This document shows, piece after piece, positions 18,420 to 27,382 of a DNA stretch of 64,000 bases (the stretch's first letter is position 1; each line of letters begins with the position of its first letter). A model generated the notes under the pieces. It was given only the letters and a program-made list of their open reading frames with translations, ran no database searches and was not told where the DNA came from. The stretch spans positions 94,772 to 158,771 of the forward strand of contig JAOZFI010000036.1 of the NCBI GenBank assembly GCA_027491395.1, written 5' to 3'. Source of the DNA: Thermoproteota archaeon. GTDB taxonomy: Archaea > Korarchaeota > Korarchaeia > Korarchaeales > Korarchaeaceae. The translations under genes and the position numbers were made by a program.

Positions 18420-18920
18420 TCACCCGGGGAAGGGATGCTTGTAGCCTATCTTTCTCAGAAACTCCATCCTCTCCCTCACATCCTCATCGGATTCCACTCC
18501 CGTGGGAGTGCCTCCGTCTATCACTCCTAGTATCCCCCTGCCATCACCAACATCAGCCACTACAACCTTCAACGGGTTAGCCGTAGCCGCGTAAAGGGTC
18601 ACTATCTCCGGTAACTGCTTCAGGCGGGGAAGGACGTTTATAGGCCAAGCTTCCTTCATGATTATAACCAAACAATGGCCCGCGGCTATCTTCTTGGCTC
18701 TCTCAACAGCCGCCTCGATCAGTTCTGGATCGTTACCCGCCTTCCTTATGAGTCTAGGTCCAGATGACTCGCAGAAAGCGAATCCGAACTTAATACTTGA
18801 GCAGGAATCGGCCAAAGCCTCGTAAACGTCTTCAACGGTTTTAATGAAGTGAGAAGTCGCTATTATGATGTTGGTACCCTCGGGTGGGGTGACATCCACG
18901 ACCTCCAGCTTCAGATCCAA
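18420..18920 (-). CDS. Adenosine-specific kinase family protein (DUF355)
   Basis: SHFIKTVEDVYE, FGFAFCESSG, AATANP, GRGILGVIDG. Confidence 0.88.
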   Translation of the reverse strand: MDLKLEVVDVTPPEGTNIIIATSHFIKTVEDVYEALADSCSSIKFGFAFCESSGPRLIRKAGNDPELIEAAVERAKKIAAGHCLVIIMKEAWPINVLPRLKQLPEIVTLYAATANPLKVVVADVGDGRGILGVIDGGTPTGVESDEDVRERMEFLRKIGYKHPFPG

Positions 18921-18924
18921 GGGA

Positions 18925-19305
18925 TCACCCCTTCACTATAGACCCTACCTTATTGAATAAATCTAACAGGGCATCCTTTTGGAGCTTGTATACCCTGAAC
19001 TTACCCTTCACCGTTTCCTTAACTAGACCAGCTGTTTTGAGGTCGGACAGATGATGGGAGATGAGAGATTGGTCCTTCTCCAGTATATAGGATATCAGGC
19101 AGACAGGCATCTCGGACGCCGCCAGCAGTAATATTATGTCTAACTTTGTTGTATTAGACAAAGCCTTGAAAGCCCAAGCCATCCTTTCCTTGTCCTCCAG
19201 CTTCTCCAGATTGTCCAGAGCCCTGTCAATCTTCTCTACGTATTCCCTTATGTCCTCTATACATCTTCGGGGGACCCTCTTCAGTACCTCCTCGGCTCTA
19301 CTCAT
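18925..19305 (-). CDS. ArsR/SmtB family transcriptional regulator
   Basis: FKALSN, MPVCLI, QSLISHHLSDLKTAGLV. Confidence 0.9.
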   Translation of the reverse strand: MSRAEEVLKRVPRRCIEDIREYVEKIDRALDNLEKLEDKERMAWAFKALSNTTKLDIILLLAASEMPVCLISYILEKDQSLISHHLSDLKTAGLVKETVKGKFRVYKLQKDALLDLFNKVGSIVKG

Positions 19306-19319
19306 GATTTAACACCGTT

Positions 19320-19331
19320 GAACAATTGTTC
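19320..19331. promoter_or_regulatory. Perfect 12-bp palindrome GAACAATTGTTC, candidate ArsR operator
   Basis: Lies between a TATA-like ATATATAT (19341-19348) and the arsR start, in the divergent promoter region. Confidence 0.5.
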
Positions 19332-19393
19332 TTTCATTAGATATATATTTTCCCTCGCAATTTTAAAGGACTGTTTGGAGCGACAATGGGAAA

Positions 19394-20488
19394 ATGTGGG
19401 ACGTTGCCATAGTCGGAGCTGGACCCTCGGGATCAACTGCGGCTTACCTGCTATCTAAGATGGGTTTCAAGATATTACTATTGGACATGAGGAGCTTTCC
19501 CCGATCCAAACCCTGCGGTGGAGGAATAACTTTGAAGGCAGCTAGACTGCTCGAGGAACTGGGCCTACCTCTAGAGCCGGTGGAGGCCTTTCACAGGGAC
19601 GTAGTGGTTGCTGGCTTTGGACGTGAGATAACGGTCAGCACTTCGCCGGGCGAGTTCGCCATAGCCTTGGTGAGAAGGGAACTCTTCGATCACCGACTCC
19701 TCGAAAGCGCTATAGGGGCGGGAGCCGAATTCATCAGGGCCAAAGTGAGCGCCGTCAAGGTATCAGACAGCGGTGTGAAACTGATCGGACCTGGGGAGGA
19801 GGCTAGGCTTGTGATTGGAGCTGATGGCGCGAATTCCGTCGTGGCTCTAACGTCGGGGGTTAGGAGCGGCTGGAGGAGGGAGGATGTGATACTGGCCTTT
19901 GAGGGAAACGCCCCCTTGCAGGACAGATTGATTTTCATGGTAGATGCGGCGCCCTACGGGTACGGCTGGATATTCCCGAGGAGGAAGGACTCCAATGCCG
20001 GAGTGGGGGGAATGTCCGAGAAGTCTCGGGAGATAATGGAGGCCTTCAGGGAATTCTCATCCAGATTCAATGTTAGAATGAACGGATCTTGGATAATACC
20101 CGCTGGTGGTCACGGCAAGCCCATCGCGAAGGATCGTGTGCTTCTAGTCGGTGATGCGGCCGGTCTAGCGGATCCTCTCACCGGAGAAGGGCTCTATTAC
20201 GCATTTAGAAGCTCGTTGGAGGCAAGTAGAGCTCTTGAAAGCGAATCTCCGGCCGAAAAGTACAGTGAGAGGATGAAACCGATTCTAGAGGAGTTAAAGG
20301 CGAAGAGAAGGGCTGCTCGCTTGATAATGCCCAGAATGAAGTTCTTCTTCGAGCTGTTCGTCTCATATCCGGAGATAGCTAGGAGATACATGCTCTCATC
20401 CATCGGCAAGGTCGAGTTCAGGGATTTCTGGAGGTGGGCGATCTCAAGAGTGCCCAGAGCCCTCATAAAGAGTAAGCTGGGGATATAA
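19394..20488 (+). CDS. Geranylgeranyl reductase family flavoprotein
   Basis: GAGPSG, KPCGGG, IGADG, YGWIFP, VGDAAG-x-x-DPLTGEG. Confidence 0.9.
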   Translation: MWDVAIVGAGPSGSTAAYLLSKMGFKILLLDMRSFPRSKPCGGGITLKAARLLEELGLPLEPVEAFHRDVVVAGFGREITVSTSPGEFAIALVRRELFDHRLLESAIGAGAEFIRAKVSAVKVSDSGVKLIGPGEEARLVIGADGANSVVALTSGVRSGWRREDVILAFEGNAPLQDRLIFMVDAAPYGYGWIFPRRKDSNAGVGGMSEKSREIMEAFREFSSRFNVRMNGSWIIPAGGHGKPIAKDRVLLVGDAAGLADPLTGEGLYYAFRSSLEASRALESESPAEKYSERMKPILEELKAKRRAARLIMPRMKFFFELFVSYPEIARRYMLSSIGKVEFRDFWRWAISRVPRALIKSKLGI

Positions 20489-20491
20489 TTA

Positions 20492-21709
20492 CTAATCCAG
20501 AAACCCCTCCAATGAGGTCCACCTCTTCACGAATCTCAAAAGCCGAGAACTCCGGAGGATCGGGGTTAGATCGAACCTCACCTTACCCCTGAGGAATCTG
20601 AGCGCTTCATCCAGCTCGCCGAACCTCGCGGGCTCCGAAGAGAGCGCCATCCTCATCCCCTCCCTCACCTGCCAGACCCCCACAGGAGCGTAATACTCCG
20701 GTCCCACCTCTCTAATGGCTAGAACTGATGCCTGCCTCCTCATTGAGCGTAGCTTCTCCAGAACGGCTATTCTCATGGCATAGTGACCTCCATCCATGTA
20801 ATCCAAACCCGTGCGGGTGTGCTCCCAGTTGATCAGTACGTGAGCTTCTCCAGAGAATTGAGTCCACAGACCTCTAGGCAGCCAGGCCTCCACGATCTCC
20901 AGAATGTAGGGACCGGGAACGATCAACACGAAGTACCTGTTCCCCTCATAACTACTCCGGAAAAGTAGTATGTCCCCAGCGTAAAGAGACATCTGCTCGA
21001 CGAGCCTCCTCAACCAGTTCCCGACCATGGAATCCACCGCGGTTATCGCCCACCTCGTGGGAACCAACCTCCTCCCTCCCCGAACACCTAGGGAGCCTAA
21101 GGAGAGGACCTTGGAGATGGAATAGACATCTACGCCCTTCCCGTAGAGCTCTACGATACCCTCGGCGGCGCTCAGATCCCTGTCGTAAACGCTCCTCTCT
21201 ATCGGAGTCGGTATCTTCGGCTCTTCAGCGAGTTTTACCCTTTCTACAGGGGCTGTCGGGCCTAGTGGCGTGAGGAGACCGTCGAAGGAGATCCTAGGAG
21301 TCGGAGGTCTCTTAAGCTTGGCCTCCATCTCGACGGGAACCTCGCTTAGAAGGGCCCATCTGACCTCCTCGACCTGCGGTTCATCCACTCTCCTCACATC
21401 CATTCTAAAGTGAGCGTAAACTTGCGAGGAGAACCTGGAGATCATGTAACTGAGGGACCTCCTTATCCACAGGGCAGGGCGCTCAGGGAGATCCGGCTCT
21501 CTTAGAGCTACCATGGGACCTACGGACACCTTTGGATATTCCCTCTCACCCACGAGGGCCGAAGGGGGTGAGGGACCCTCCACCAAGTTGGTCTTAGGGA
21601 CCTTCGCCTGAGACTTGACTCTCTCTAGAATGGGGCACTTGGACAGGCCGCATAGCAACCTAGTTCCCTTGCACCTGACGCAAAGGGATGGGTCTATCCT
21701 AGAGGGCAC
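20492..21709 (-). CDS. nreA: Nre family PCNA-interacting DNA repair protein
   Basis: CVRCKG-x-x-x-LCG-x-x-x-CP, LVPTRWAITAVD, YYAPVGVWQVRE, C-terminal PIP-like TSLEGF. Confidence 0.9.
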   Translation of the reverse strand: MPSRIDPSLCVRCKGTRLLCGLSKCPILERVKSQAKVPKTNLVEGPSPPSALVGEREYPKVSVGPMVALREPDLPERPALWIRRSLSYMISRFSSQVYAHFRMDVRRVDEPQVEEVRWALLSEVPVEMEAKLKRPPTPRISFDGLLTPLGPTAPVERVKLAEEPKIPTPIERSVYDRDLSAAEGIVELYGKGVDVYSISKVLSLGSLGVRGGRRLVPTRWAITAVDSMVGNWLRRLVEQMSLYAGDILLFRSSYEGNRYFVLIVPGPYILEIVEAWLPRGLWTQFSGEAHVLINWEHTRTGLDYMDGGHYAMRIAVLEKLRSMRRQASVLAIREVGPEYYAPVGVWQVREGMRMALSSEPARFGELDEALRFLRGKVRFDLTPILRSSRLLRFVKRWTSLEGFLD

Positions 21710-21732
21710 AAATAAGAGTTACATGGGGGAAA

Positions 21733-22137
21733 TTAATCGTTGATTTCAACACCTAGCTTAACCCTGTAGACCTTCCCCCTCCCATCCACCCTCTCCACGA
21801 ACCCTTTCTCCTCGAGGATCCTCAATCTCTCCGATATTATCCTCCTAGAGGCCGATCCCCTTAGCTTCCTGACCTCCTCCGTGAGCTGGGATATGTTGAG
21901 CGGCCCCTTCGTGGCGAGGGCCCTGATTATACTCCTATCTATGTCTCCCGTCACCAGCTGGGCCATTCTCTCCACCTTCGCGACGCTTCCCAATATTGAG
22001 GCGTACGCCCTCAGGAGTGACTTGTATACCTCCAAGCTTCTCAGGTCAGCTTCCGCGGATTCCATCCTGCTCTCGAGCCTGTCGAGCCGCTCTATTATCT
22101 TGAACAGCAATTCTTTGATCTCATCGAGCTCCCCCAT
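21733..22137 (-). CDS. Coiled-coil plus winged-helix DNA-binding protein
   Basis: N-terminal coiled coil; GPLNISQLTEEV...ASRRIISERLRILEEKGFV. Start moved to ATG 22137. Confidence 0.8.
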   Translation of the reverse strand: MGELDEIKELLFKIIERLDRLESRMESAEADLRSLEVYKSLLRAYASILGSVAKVERMAQLVTGDIDRSIIRALATKGPLNISQLTEEVRKLRGSASRRIISERLRILEEKGFVERVDGRGKVYRVKLGVEIND

Positions 22138-22352
22138 CCTACAACTCCTCCTATATCGGGGACGATTATCTCCAAGAGCTCCCGACATACTCCCTCGCTG
22201 AGACCCGATGATCTGAGTTCTTTCAGAGCCGATCTCCTAGCTAGACTCTTCCTCACCTTATAAGCTCCTAGGAGGTAGAGGACCCTCAGGGCCAGCGGCG
22301 ACAGCGATCCTATCAGCAATAGAAGCTCTATCGCTGCCCTGAGGCGCCTCAA
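22095..22352 (-). CDS. Small hypothetical protein with hydrophobic N-terminus
   Basis: 85 aa; overlaps both neighbours; ELRSSGLSE motif. Confidence 0.6.
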   Translation of the reverse strand: MRRLRAAIELLLLIGSLSPLALRVLYLLGAYKVRKSLARRSALKELRSSGLSEGVCRELLEIIVPDIGGVVGWGSSMRSKNCCSR

Positions 22353-22672
22353 TCCTCTTCCCCTTTCATTACGGACTTGAGCACGGACATCGGGTTGATG
22401 AAGTGCTCCTTAGTGAGCTTGAGGGCCAGATCCTCAGGTATGCCCTGATCCACGAGCTCCTTGTAGAAGGAAGCTATGGCCCTAGCCCTCTCCCTCGCTC
22501 TCTCAGGATTGTAGGTGAGGTCCATTATCTCCTTAAGGGGTTCAATCAGGCCCTGTAACAGCCCAGGAACTTCGCTCCTAAGGACCGAGAATATCTCCCT
22601 GAGCTCCTCTACATCTTCATCGATTGAGAGTTTCCTCCCCTTTTTCGCAACCTCCTTATCCTCGTCCATCAT
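22349..22672 (-). CDS. Hypothetical helical protein
   Basis: 107 aa; FYKELVDQGIPEDLALKLT; SD GGTGGT. Confidence 0.75.
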   Translation of the reverse strand: MMDEDKEVAKKGRKLSIDEDVEELREIFSVLRSEVPGLLQGLIEPLKEIMDLTYNPERARERARAIASFYKELVDQGIPEDLALKLTKEHFINPMSVLKSVMKGEED

Positions 22673-22693
22673 CTACCACCAACTCTAATCCCT

Positions 22694-22746
22694 GATCACG
22701 ACCTATAAGGTGATTGCAAATGTGTGAGCACTATGTGATCGCTCAC
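22694..22746. promoter_or_regulatory. Cluster of GTGA(T/G)C half-sites forming two inverted repeats, candidate operator
   Basis: ATCAC-N10-GTGAT (22695-22714) brackets a TATA element; GTGAGC-N11-GCTCAC (22724-22746) contains a further GTGATC. Confidence 0.5.
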
Positions 22747-22797
22747 GATCGCTAAGGGTTATTTCAAATTATGTAATTTTATACCTGTGAAGTTCAG

Positions 22798-23754
22798 GTG
22801 ACCCTGATGCTCAAGGCCCAAAGATTGGAAGAGCAGCCAGAGCTGGCAGTGGAAGCTAAGAATCTAACCAAGAGATTCGGCAAATTCGTTGCTGTCGATC
22901 ACATAAGCTTGGAGATAAGGCGAGGGGAGAACTTCGGTCTGTTGGGGCCAAACGGGGCCGGGAAGACCACGACCATAAGGATGATAACTGGGGTCATAAA
23001 ACCTTCAGAGGGCTGCGTGAAGGTCTTTGGCATAGATGTGGCCAAGGAGAGGAAGAAGGTCCTAAAGTACATAGGGTACATGCCCCAGAAGTTCAGCCTG
23101 TACGAAGATCTCACGGTCGAGGAGAACATAAGGCTATATGGACGCCTCCAAGGGTTGACCGGATCTCTACTCAAGAATAGAGTTAAGGAACTGCTGGAGA
23201 GATTCTATCTCTGGGAATTCAGAAGAAGGCTCGCCGGAAAGCTCAGTGGGGGAATGAAACAGAGGTTGGCGCTTGCTACAGCGCTCGTACACGACCCGAC
23301 CCTCCTGATTCTGGACGAGCCCACCGCAGGAGTTGATCCTCCCCTCAGGCGGAAGTTCTGGGAGCACTTCAGGGAGCTGAACAGGGAGGGCAAGACTATA
23401 CTCGTGACGACCCACTACATGGACGAAGCTGAGAACTGCGACAGGCTGGCATTAATGAACAGGGGCAGAATAATCGCGGAAGGTACACCCAGAGAGATAA
23501 AGAGGAGGGCTTTGGGAGGGGACCTAGTGGAAATAGTCTTCGAGGGGGATCTGGACCCGGCTGCCCTTCCAGGGGTCAAGTCGGTCATGGAGGACTCGAG
23601 CGAGAGGTACCTCCTAGTAGTGGAGGATGCTGGGAGGGATCTCCCTAGGATCGTGAAGAAAGCCGAGGAACTGGGAGCTAAGATACTAGTGGCTTCCCCT
23701 ATGCATGTGAGCTTGGAGGAGGCATTCATCAGGTTCATGGGTGAATCCGAATGA
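22798..23754 (+). CDS. ABC-2 exporter ATP-binding protein
   Basis: GPNGAGKTT, LSGGMKQR, LDEPTAGVDP, TTHYMDEAE. Confidence 0.94.
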   Translation: MTLMLKAQRLEEQPELAVEAKNLTKRFGKFVAVDHISLEIRRGENFGLLGPNGAGKTTTIRMITGVIKPSEGCVKVFGIDVAKERKKVLKYIGYMPQKFSLYEDLTVEENIRLYGRLQGLTGSLLKNRVKELLERFYLWEFRRRLAGKLSGGMKQRLALATALVHDPTLLILDEPTAGVDPPLRRKFWEHFRELNREGKTILVTTHYMDEAENCDRLALMNRGRIIAEGTPREIKRRALGGDLVEIVFEGDLDPAALPGVKSVMEDSSERYLLVVEDAGRDLPRIVKKAEELGAKILVASPMHVSLEEAFIRFMGESE

Positions 23755-24884
23755 TCGAACTTGAGGAGGGAATAAGGAAGGGCCTCAGGATAGTACCGAT
23801 AGTGGACAAGGAGATAAGGCAGCTTGTTAGAGATCCCAAGACAATTCTAATGGTCCTGCTGATGCCGATAACGGTTACCATCCTCTTCGGATACGGGTAT
23901 GGTGGCAAGGGGGCTGGGAAATATCCTATAACCGTAGTGAACCTAGATGGGGGAGATGGAGCCTTCAAGTTCATACAGGAGCTCAGAAACTCCAAGATGT
24001 TTCAGATAAAAGCCATATACAAGTCCAAGGGGCAGGGATTTTCTTCCGTGTACTCAGGTGAGGTTTACGCGAGCTTGATAATTCCAGAGACATTCACCGA
24101 GGATCTGATGAGGGGCAGGCCTACTAGGGTGGAACTGTACTACGATGCTAGCAATCCGACCGTGGCTCAGATGATAATGCAGGCCGTCGGGGTGGTCACT
24201 CAGCAGTTTCAGGAGTGGGCCGCAGCTCGGTTCGGTACCTTCGCCATAACCCCCATGTTCTACACGGTTTACGGCCCCGAGATAAAGAAGATAGAGAGCT
24301 TCATTCCGACGCTCATGGCGATGATACTGCAGATGGTCCCAACCAGCCTAATATCGGTCTCAATCTGCAGGGAGAGGGAGAAGGGGACGTTTGAGCAGTT
24401 TATCATGACTCCAGTTAGTGTCTTCGACATAATATTTGGTAAGCTAGCTGCCTACTTCCTCGCGACAATATCTGATGCCATACTGAGCCTCTTCACGGCT
24501 ATACTGCTCTTCGATGTGAAGCTTAAGGGCACCTTCTTGGACATGGTTATAGTGTCCACGGTGTTCCTTCTGAACTCGCTAAGCTTGGGTCTGCTAATAT
24601 CTGTCTTCTCTAGGAATCAACTTCAGGCCTATCAGGCGAGCATATTCTCATTCATCATATTCATGCTCTTCAGCGGCGTGTTCATCCCGGTGGATGTCCT
24701 CAGTTCGGAGGCGAAGCTGATCTCATCCTTCGTCCCGATGTACTATTTCGTGTCGGCCTTCAGGAACGTTTCCCTCAAAGGATGGGACTACCTCATGGTC
24801 CTAGATCAGCTAACAGTGATTAGCATGTTCACATTCGCTTTCCTCGCCCTCTCTCTGAGGTTTCTGAGGATGGAGGTGACGTGA
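23751..24884 (+). CDS. ABC-2 exporter permease (YbhR/YbhS-like)
   Basis: KEIRQLVRDP, REREKGTFEQ, multi-TM. Confidence 0.9.
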   Translation: MIELEEGIRKGLRIVPIVDKEIRQLVRDPKTILMVLLMPITVTILFGYGYGGKGAGKYPITVVNLDGGDGAFKFIQELRNSKMFQIKAIYKSKGQGFSSVYSGEVYASLIIPETFTEDLMRGRPTRVELYYDASNPTVAQMIMQAVGVVTQQFQEWAAARFGTFAITPMFYTVYGPEIKKIESFIPTLMAMILQMVPTSLISVSICREREKGTFEQFIMTPVSVFDIIFGKLAAYFLATISDAILSLFTAILLFDVKLKGTFLDMVIVSTVFLLNSLSLGLLISVFSRNQLQAYQASIFSFIIFMLFSGVFIPVDVLSSEAKLISSFVPMYYFVSAFRNVSLKGWDYLMVLDQLTVISMFTFAFLALSLRFLRMEVT

Positions 24885-27382
24885 TGAGGAAGATCGCACC
24901 GATAGTCTCGATGATCCTCGTATTGCTCCCTATCCTCTCAGCTAGTGTGAGCGGATCCCTCTCCTCTTACCTGAAGGTAGAAGATTCGTACTGGAGCGGC
25001 CTCCTAGTGTTAGGGGCGACGAATACCTTCACCGTGGAACTGAAGAGCCTCTACTCCGGATCCATAAGCGGAATTTCCGCCACTTTGACCGTCCACGATA
25101 TGGCTGGATCTGATTACTCGGGAACCTTCTCCTACCCCGGCTCCCTCTTCGAAGGGCAAGTGCTGGTCATGGACTTCGGAATATTCGTTCCAGCGAACGC
25201 GGATGCGTCCCATTATAGGGCTACCTTGGAGGTGAGCTTCATGGCGGACGGCACTCCTGAAACGGAGACGTTCGATCTCTACGTGACGATCCAGGGCACC
25301 CCTCAAGTGAGGTGCTCCCTCTCCGCCACCGCCAAGCCAGGGAGGCCTGCTACCGCCCAACTTACACTTTCCAACAACGGAGATGGCGTCGCTAGGAGGG
25401 TAAGGGCCATAATAAACCCTGCATCACCTAATGTCCAAGTTTCCTCCCCGGTGGAGGCCGGTATCATCGATCCGGGTGGAAGTAAGACGTTTCCCGTCAC
25501 CATACATGTCGGCGACGCCGCTGATGAGGCGGTGACCTTGACGGTTACCGTCACTTGGGAATCTCAGGTGGGAGCTGGTGGTCAGTATACATGCACGCAA
25601 AATGTGGTAATCTCGGAGATGCCGCCTCGCGGCCTATTCGTGACCACAAACACCACGACCTTGGAACCGGGCAGGGTAAATAGGATATACCTCTTCGTTG
25701 AGAACAGAGGGGAAGATGCATTCAGAGCCACGTTAACCGTTCAATCACCCCCGAATACGGCTGTACGTGGGTCTAACAAGGTAGACTTGGGGAACATATC
25801 TTCAGGGAATGTAGTGTGCGTTCCCATAGACCTCTTCGTGGATCCGTCAATCAGGGGGCCCCTGCAGTTATCGACCAACGTTGAATGGTTTGATTCTGGA
25901 TCTGAGCGCCACACCAATCCTGCGAACTTAGGATTTTACGTGGAAACTATCCCGGGGCCCTACCTCGTTGCCTACACGGATAAGAAGGTGCTGACTCCAG
26001 GAGAGCAGGATATGGTGAACATAGTCCTGAGGAACGAAGGGGAGGAAACTGCTAAGTCCGTCAGGGTGAACTTTGTTCCCTCCAAGGATTTGGCGCTTCT
26101 ATCCCCAAGTGGAGTCGAGGTAGGGGACTTGGAGCCTGGGAAGGGAGCTGAGATGACTATACTGGTATCCTCGCCGAACGTGAGTTATGGGAGCCTGGCG
26201 ATGACTCTCCAAATCTCATACATCGATGAGCATGACAGATCTAGGGAGCAGGTTATACCCCTATCCTTCATAACAGAGAGTCCGGACACCCCTCTGATCT
26301 CCGTGTCACCGTTAGATACGGAGCTGACGGTGGATGAGGTGAGCAGCATCAGGGTGAAGGTAACGAACGAGGGAGGGATAGCTAGAGACTTGGTATTGAA
26401 GTTGGCCCTGCCCTCCCCGGAGTTGGGTGCTATAGTAGGTGAGGACCACGCCTACATAGAGCAGCTCGATCCCGGGGAATCAGTGATAAGAGAATTCTCC
26501 GTTTATCTATCGCCTCAAGCATACGGAGCAGTCCAACTCTTGGTTCACGCAAGCTACGAGGACGAGGCAGGCATTGCTCACAATGATCTGCTCTCATTCG
26601 GTGTGAGAGCCGTGGGAAAACCCCAGATAGAGGTGGCTCATGTATCTACAGCCCCCTCCTCCGTATATCCCGGTGATACCAACGTGAAGCTGGTTGTGGT
26701 CCTGACCAATGTAGGCAATTACGTGGCCAAGGACCTGAGAGTCGTCCTCAAGCCCATCCCCGGTGTGATGAAACCCTCATCTCCGGGAACCGACACGTTC
26801 CTCATACCGGCACTGCCACCTAACCAGGCAATGGATGCTACATTCCTCGTCGATATAGAGGAAAACGCCAAGCCAGGCAGGTACGAAGCCACACTGGTTT
26901 CCAAACTCGGGAACACTACCATACCCGTCCAAATAGATGAGAAGGCGAAGTTCAAGCTGCTCGAGTTCTCCATACCGGGTAGGCCCAAACCTGGAGACAG
27001 GGGAGTGAAGCTGACAGTTGTAATAAAGAACGAGGCCAGGGTGACGGCTAAAGACGTCGTCCTAGAGGTCATAACTCCTTACTTGGTGGGAACGACGTCC
27101 TTGGCGCTGGGAGAGGTACCCTCGAAGTCCAACGCCTCCGCCATAATGGAAGTGGATATAGATGAGAACGCTCCTGAGAAGGTGCCAGTGGATATCAAGA
27201 TCTCTTGGAAGCAGGACGGTCGCTCGCTCTATCAGACAATCCATACGGAGGTGAAACTGGAGGCCACTGGAGGAAAGTGGTGGGGAGGGAACTACTTAAG
27301 TCTCATAGCGATATCGATCATAGCAGTCGGAGTCTTAGCGTCCCTCCCAATGATAAAGAAGCTCATTACAGGAGGTTCTTAG
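24881..27382 (+). CDS. COG1361 S-layer-domain/CARDB repeat surface protein with C-terminal TM
   Basis: Signal peptide; about six repeats of N-x-G-x-x-x-A...L-x-P-G Ig-like modules; C-terminal TM helix. Confidence 0.85.
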   Translation: MMRKIAPIVSMILVLLPILSASVSGSLSSYLKVEDSYWSGLLVLGATNTFTVELKSLYSGSISGISATLTVHDMAGSDYSGTFSYPGSLFEGQVLVMDFGIFVPANADASHYRATLEVSFMADGTPETETFDLYVTIQGTPQVRCSLSATAKPGRPATAQLTLSNNGDGVARRVRAIINPASPNVQVSSPVEAGIIDPGGSKTFPVTIHVGDAADEAVTLTVTVTWESQVGAGGQYTCTQNVVISEMPPRGLFVTTNTTTLEPGRVNRIYLFVENRGEDAFRATLTVQSPPNTAVRGSNKVDLGNISSGNVVCVPIDLFVDPSIRGPLQLSTNVEWFDSGSERHTNPANLGFYVETIPGPYLVAYTDKKVLTPGEQDMVNIVLRNEGEETAKSVRVNFVPSKDLALLSPSGVEVGDLEPGKGAEMTILVSSPNVSYGSLAMTLQISYIDEHDRSREQVIPLSFITESPDTPLISVSPLDTELTVDEVSSIRVKVTNEGGIARDLVLKLALPSPELGAIVGEDHAYIEQLDPGESVIREFSVYLSPQAYGAVQLLVHASYEDEAGIAHNDLLSFGVRAVGKPQIEVAHVSTAPSSVYPGDTNVKLVVVLTNVGNYVAKDLRVVLKPIPGVMKPSSPGTDTFLIPALPPNQAMDATFLVDIEENAKPGRYEATLVSKLGNTTIPVQIDEKAKFKLLEFSIPGRPKPGDRGVKLTVVIKNEARVTAKDVVLEVITPYLVGTTSLALGEVPSKSNASAIMEVDIDENAPEKVPVDIKISWKQDGRSLYQTIHTEVKLEATGGKWWGGNYLSLIAISIIAVGVLASLPMIKKLITGGS

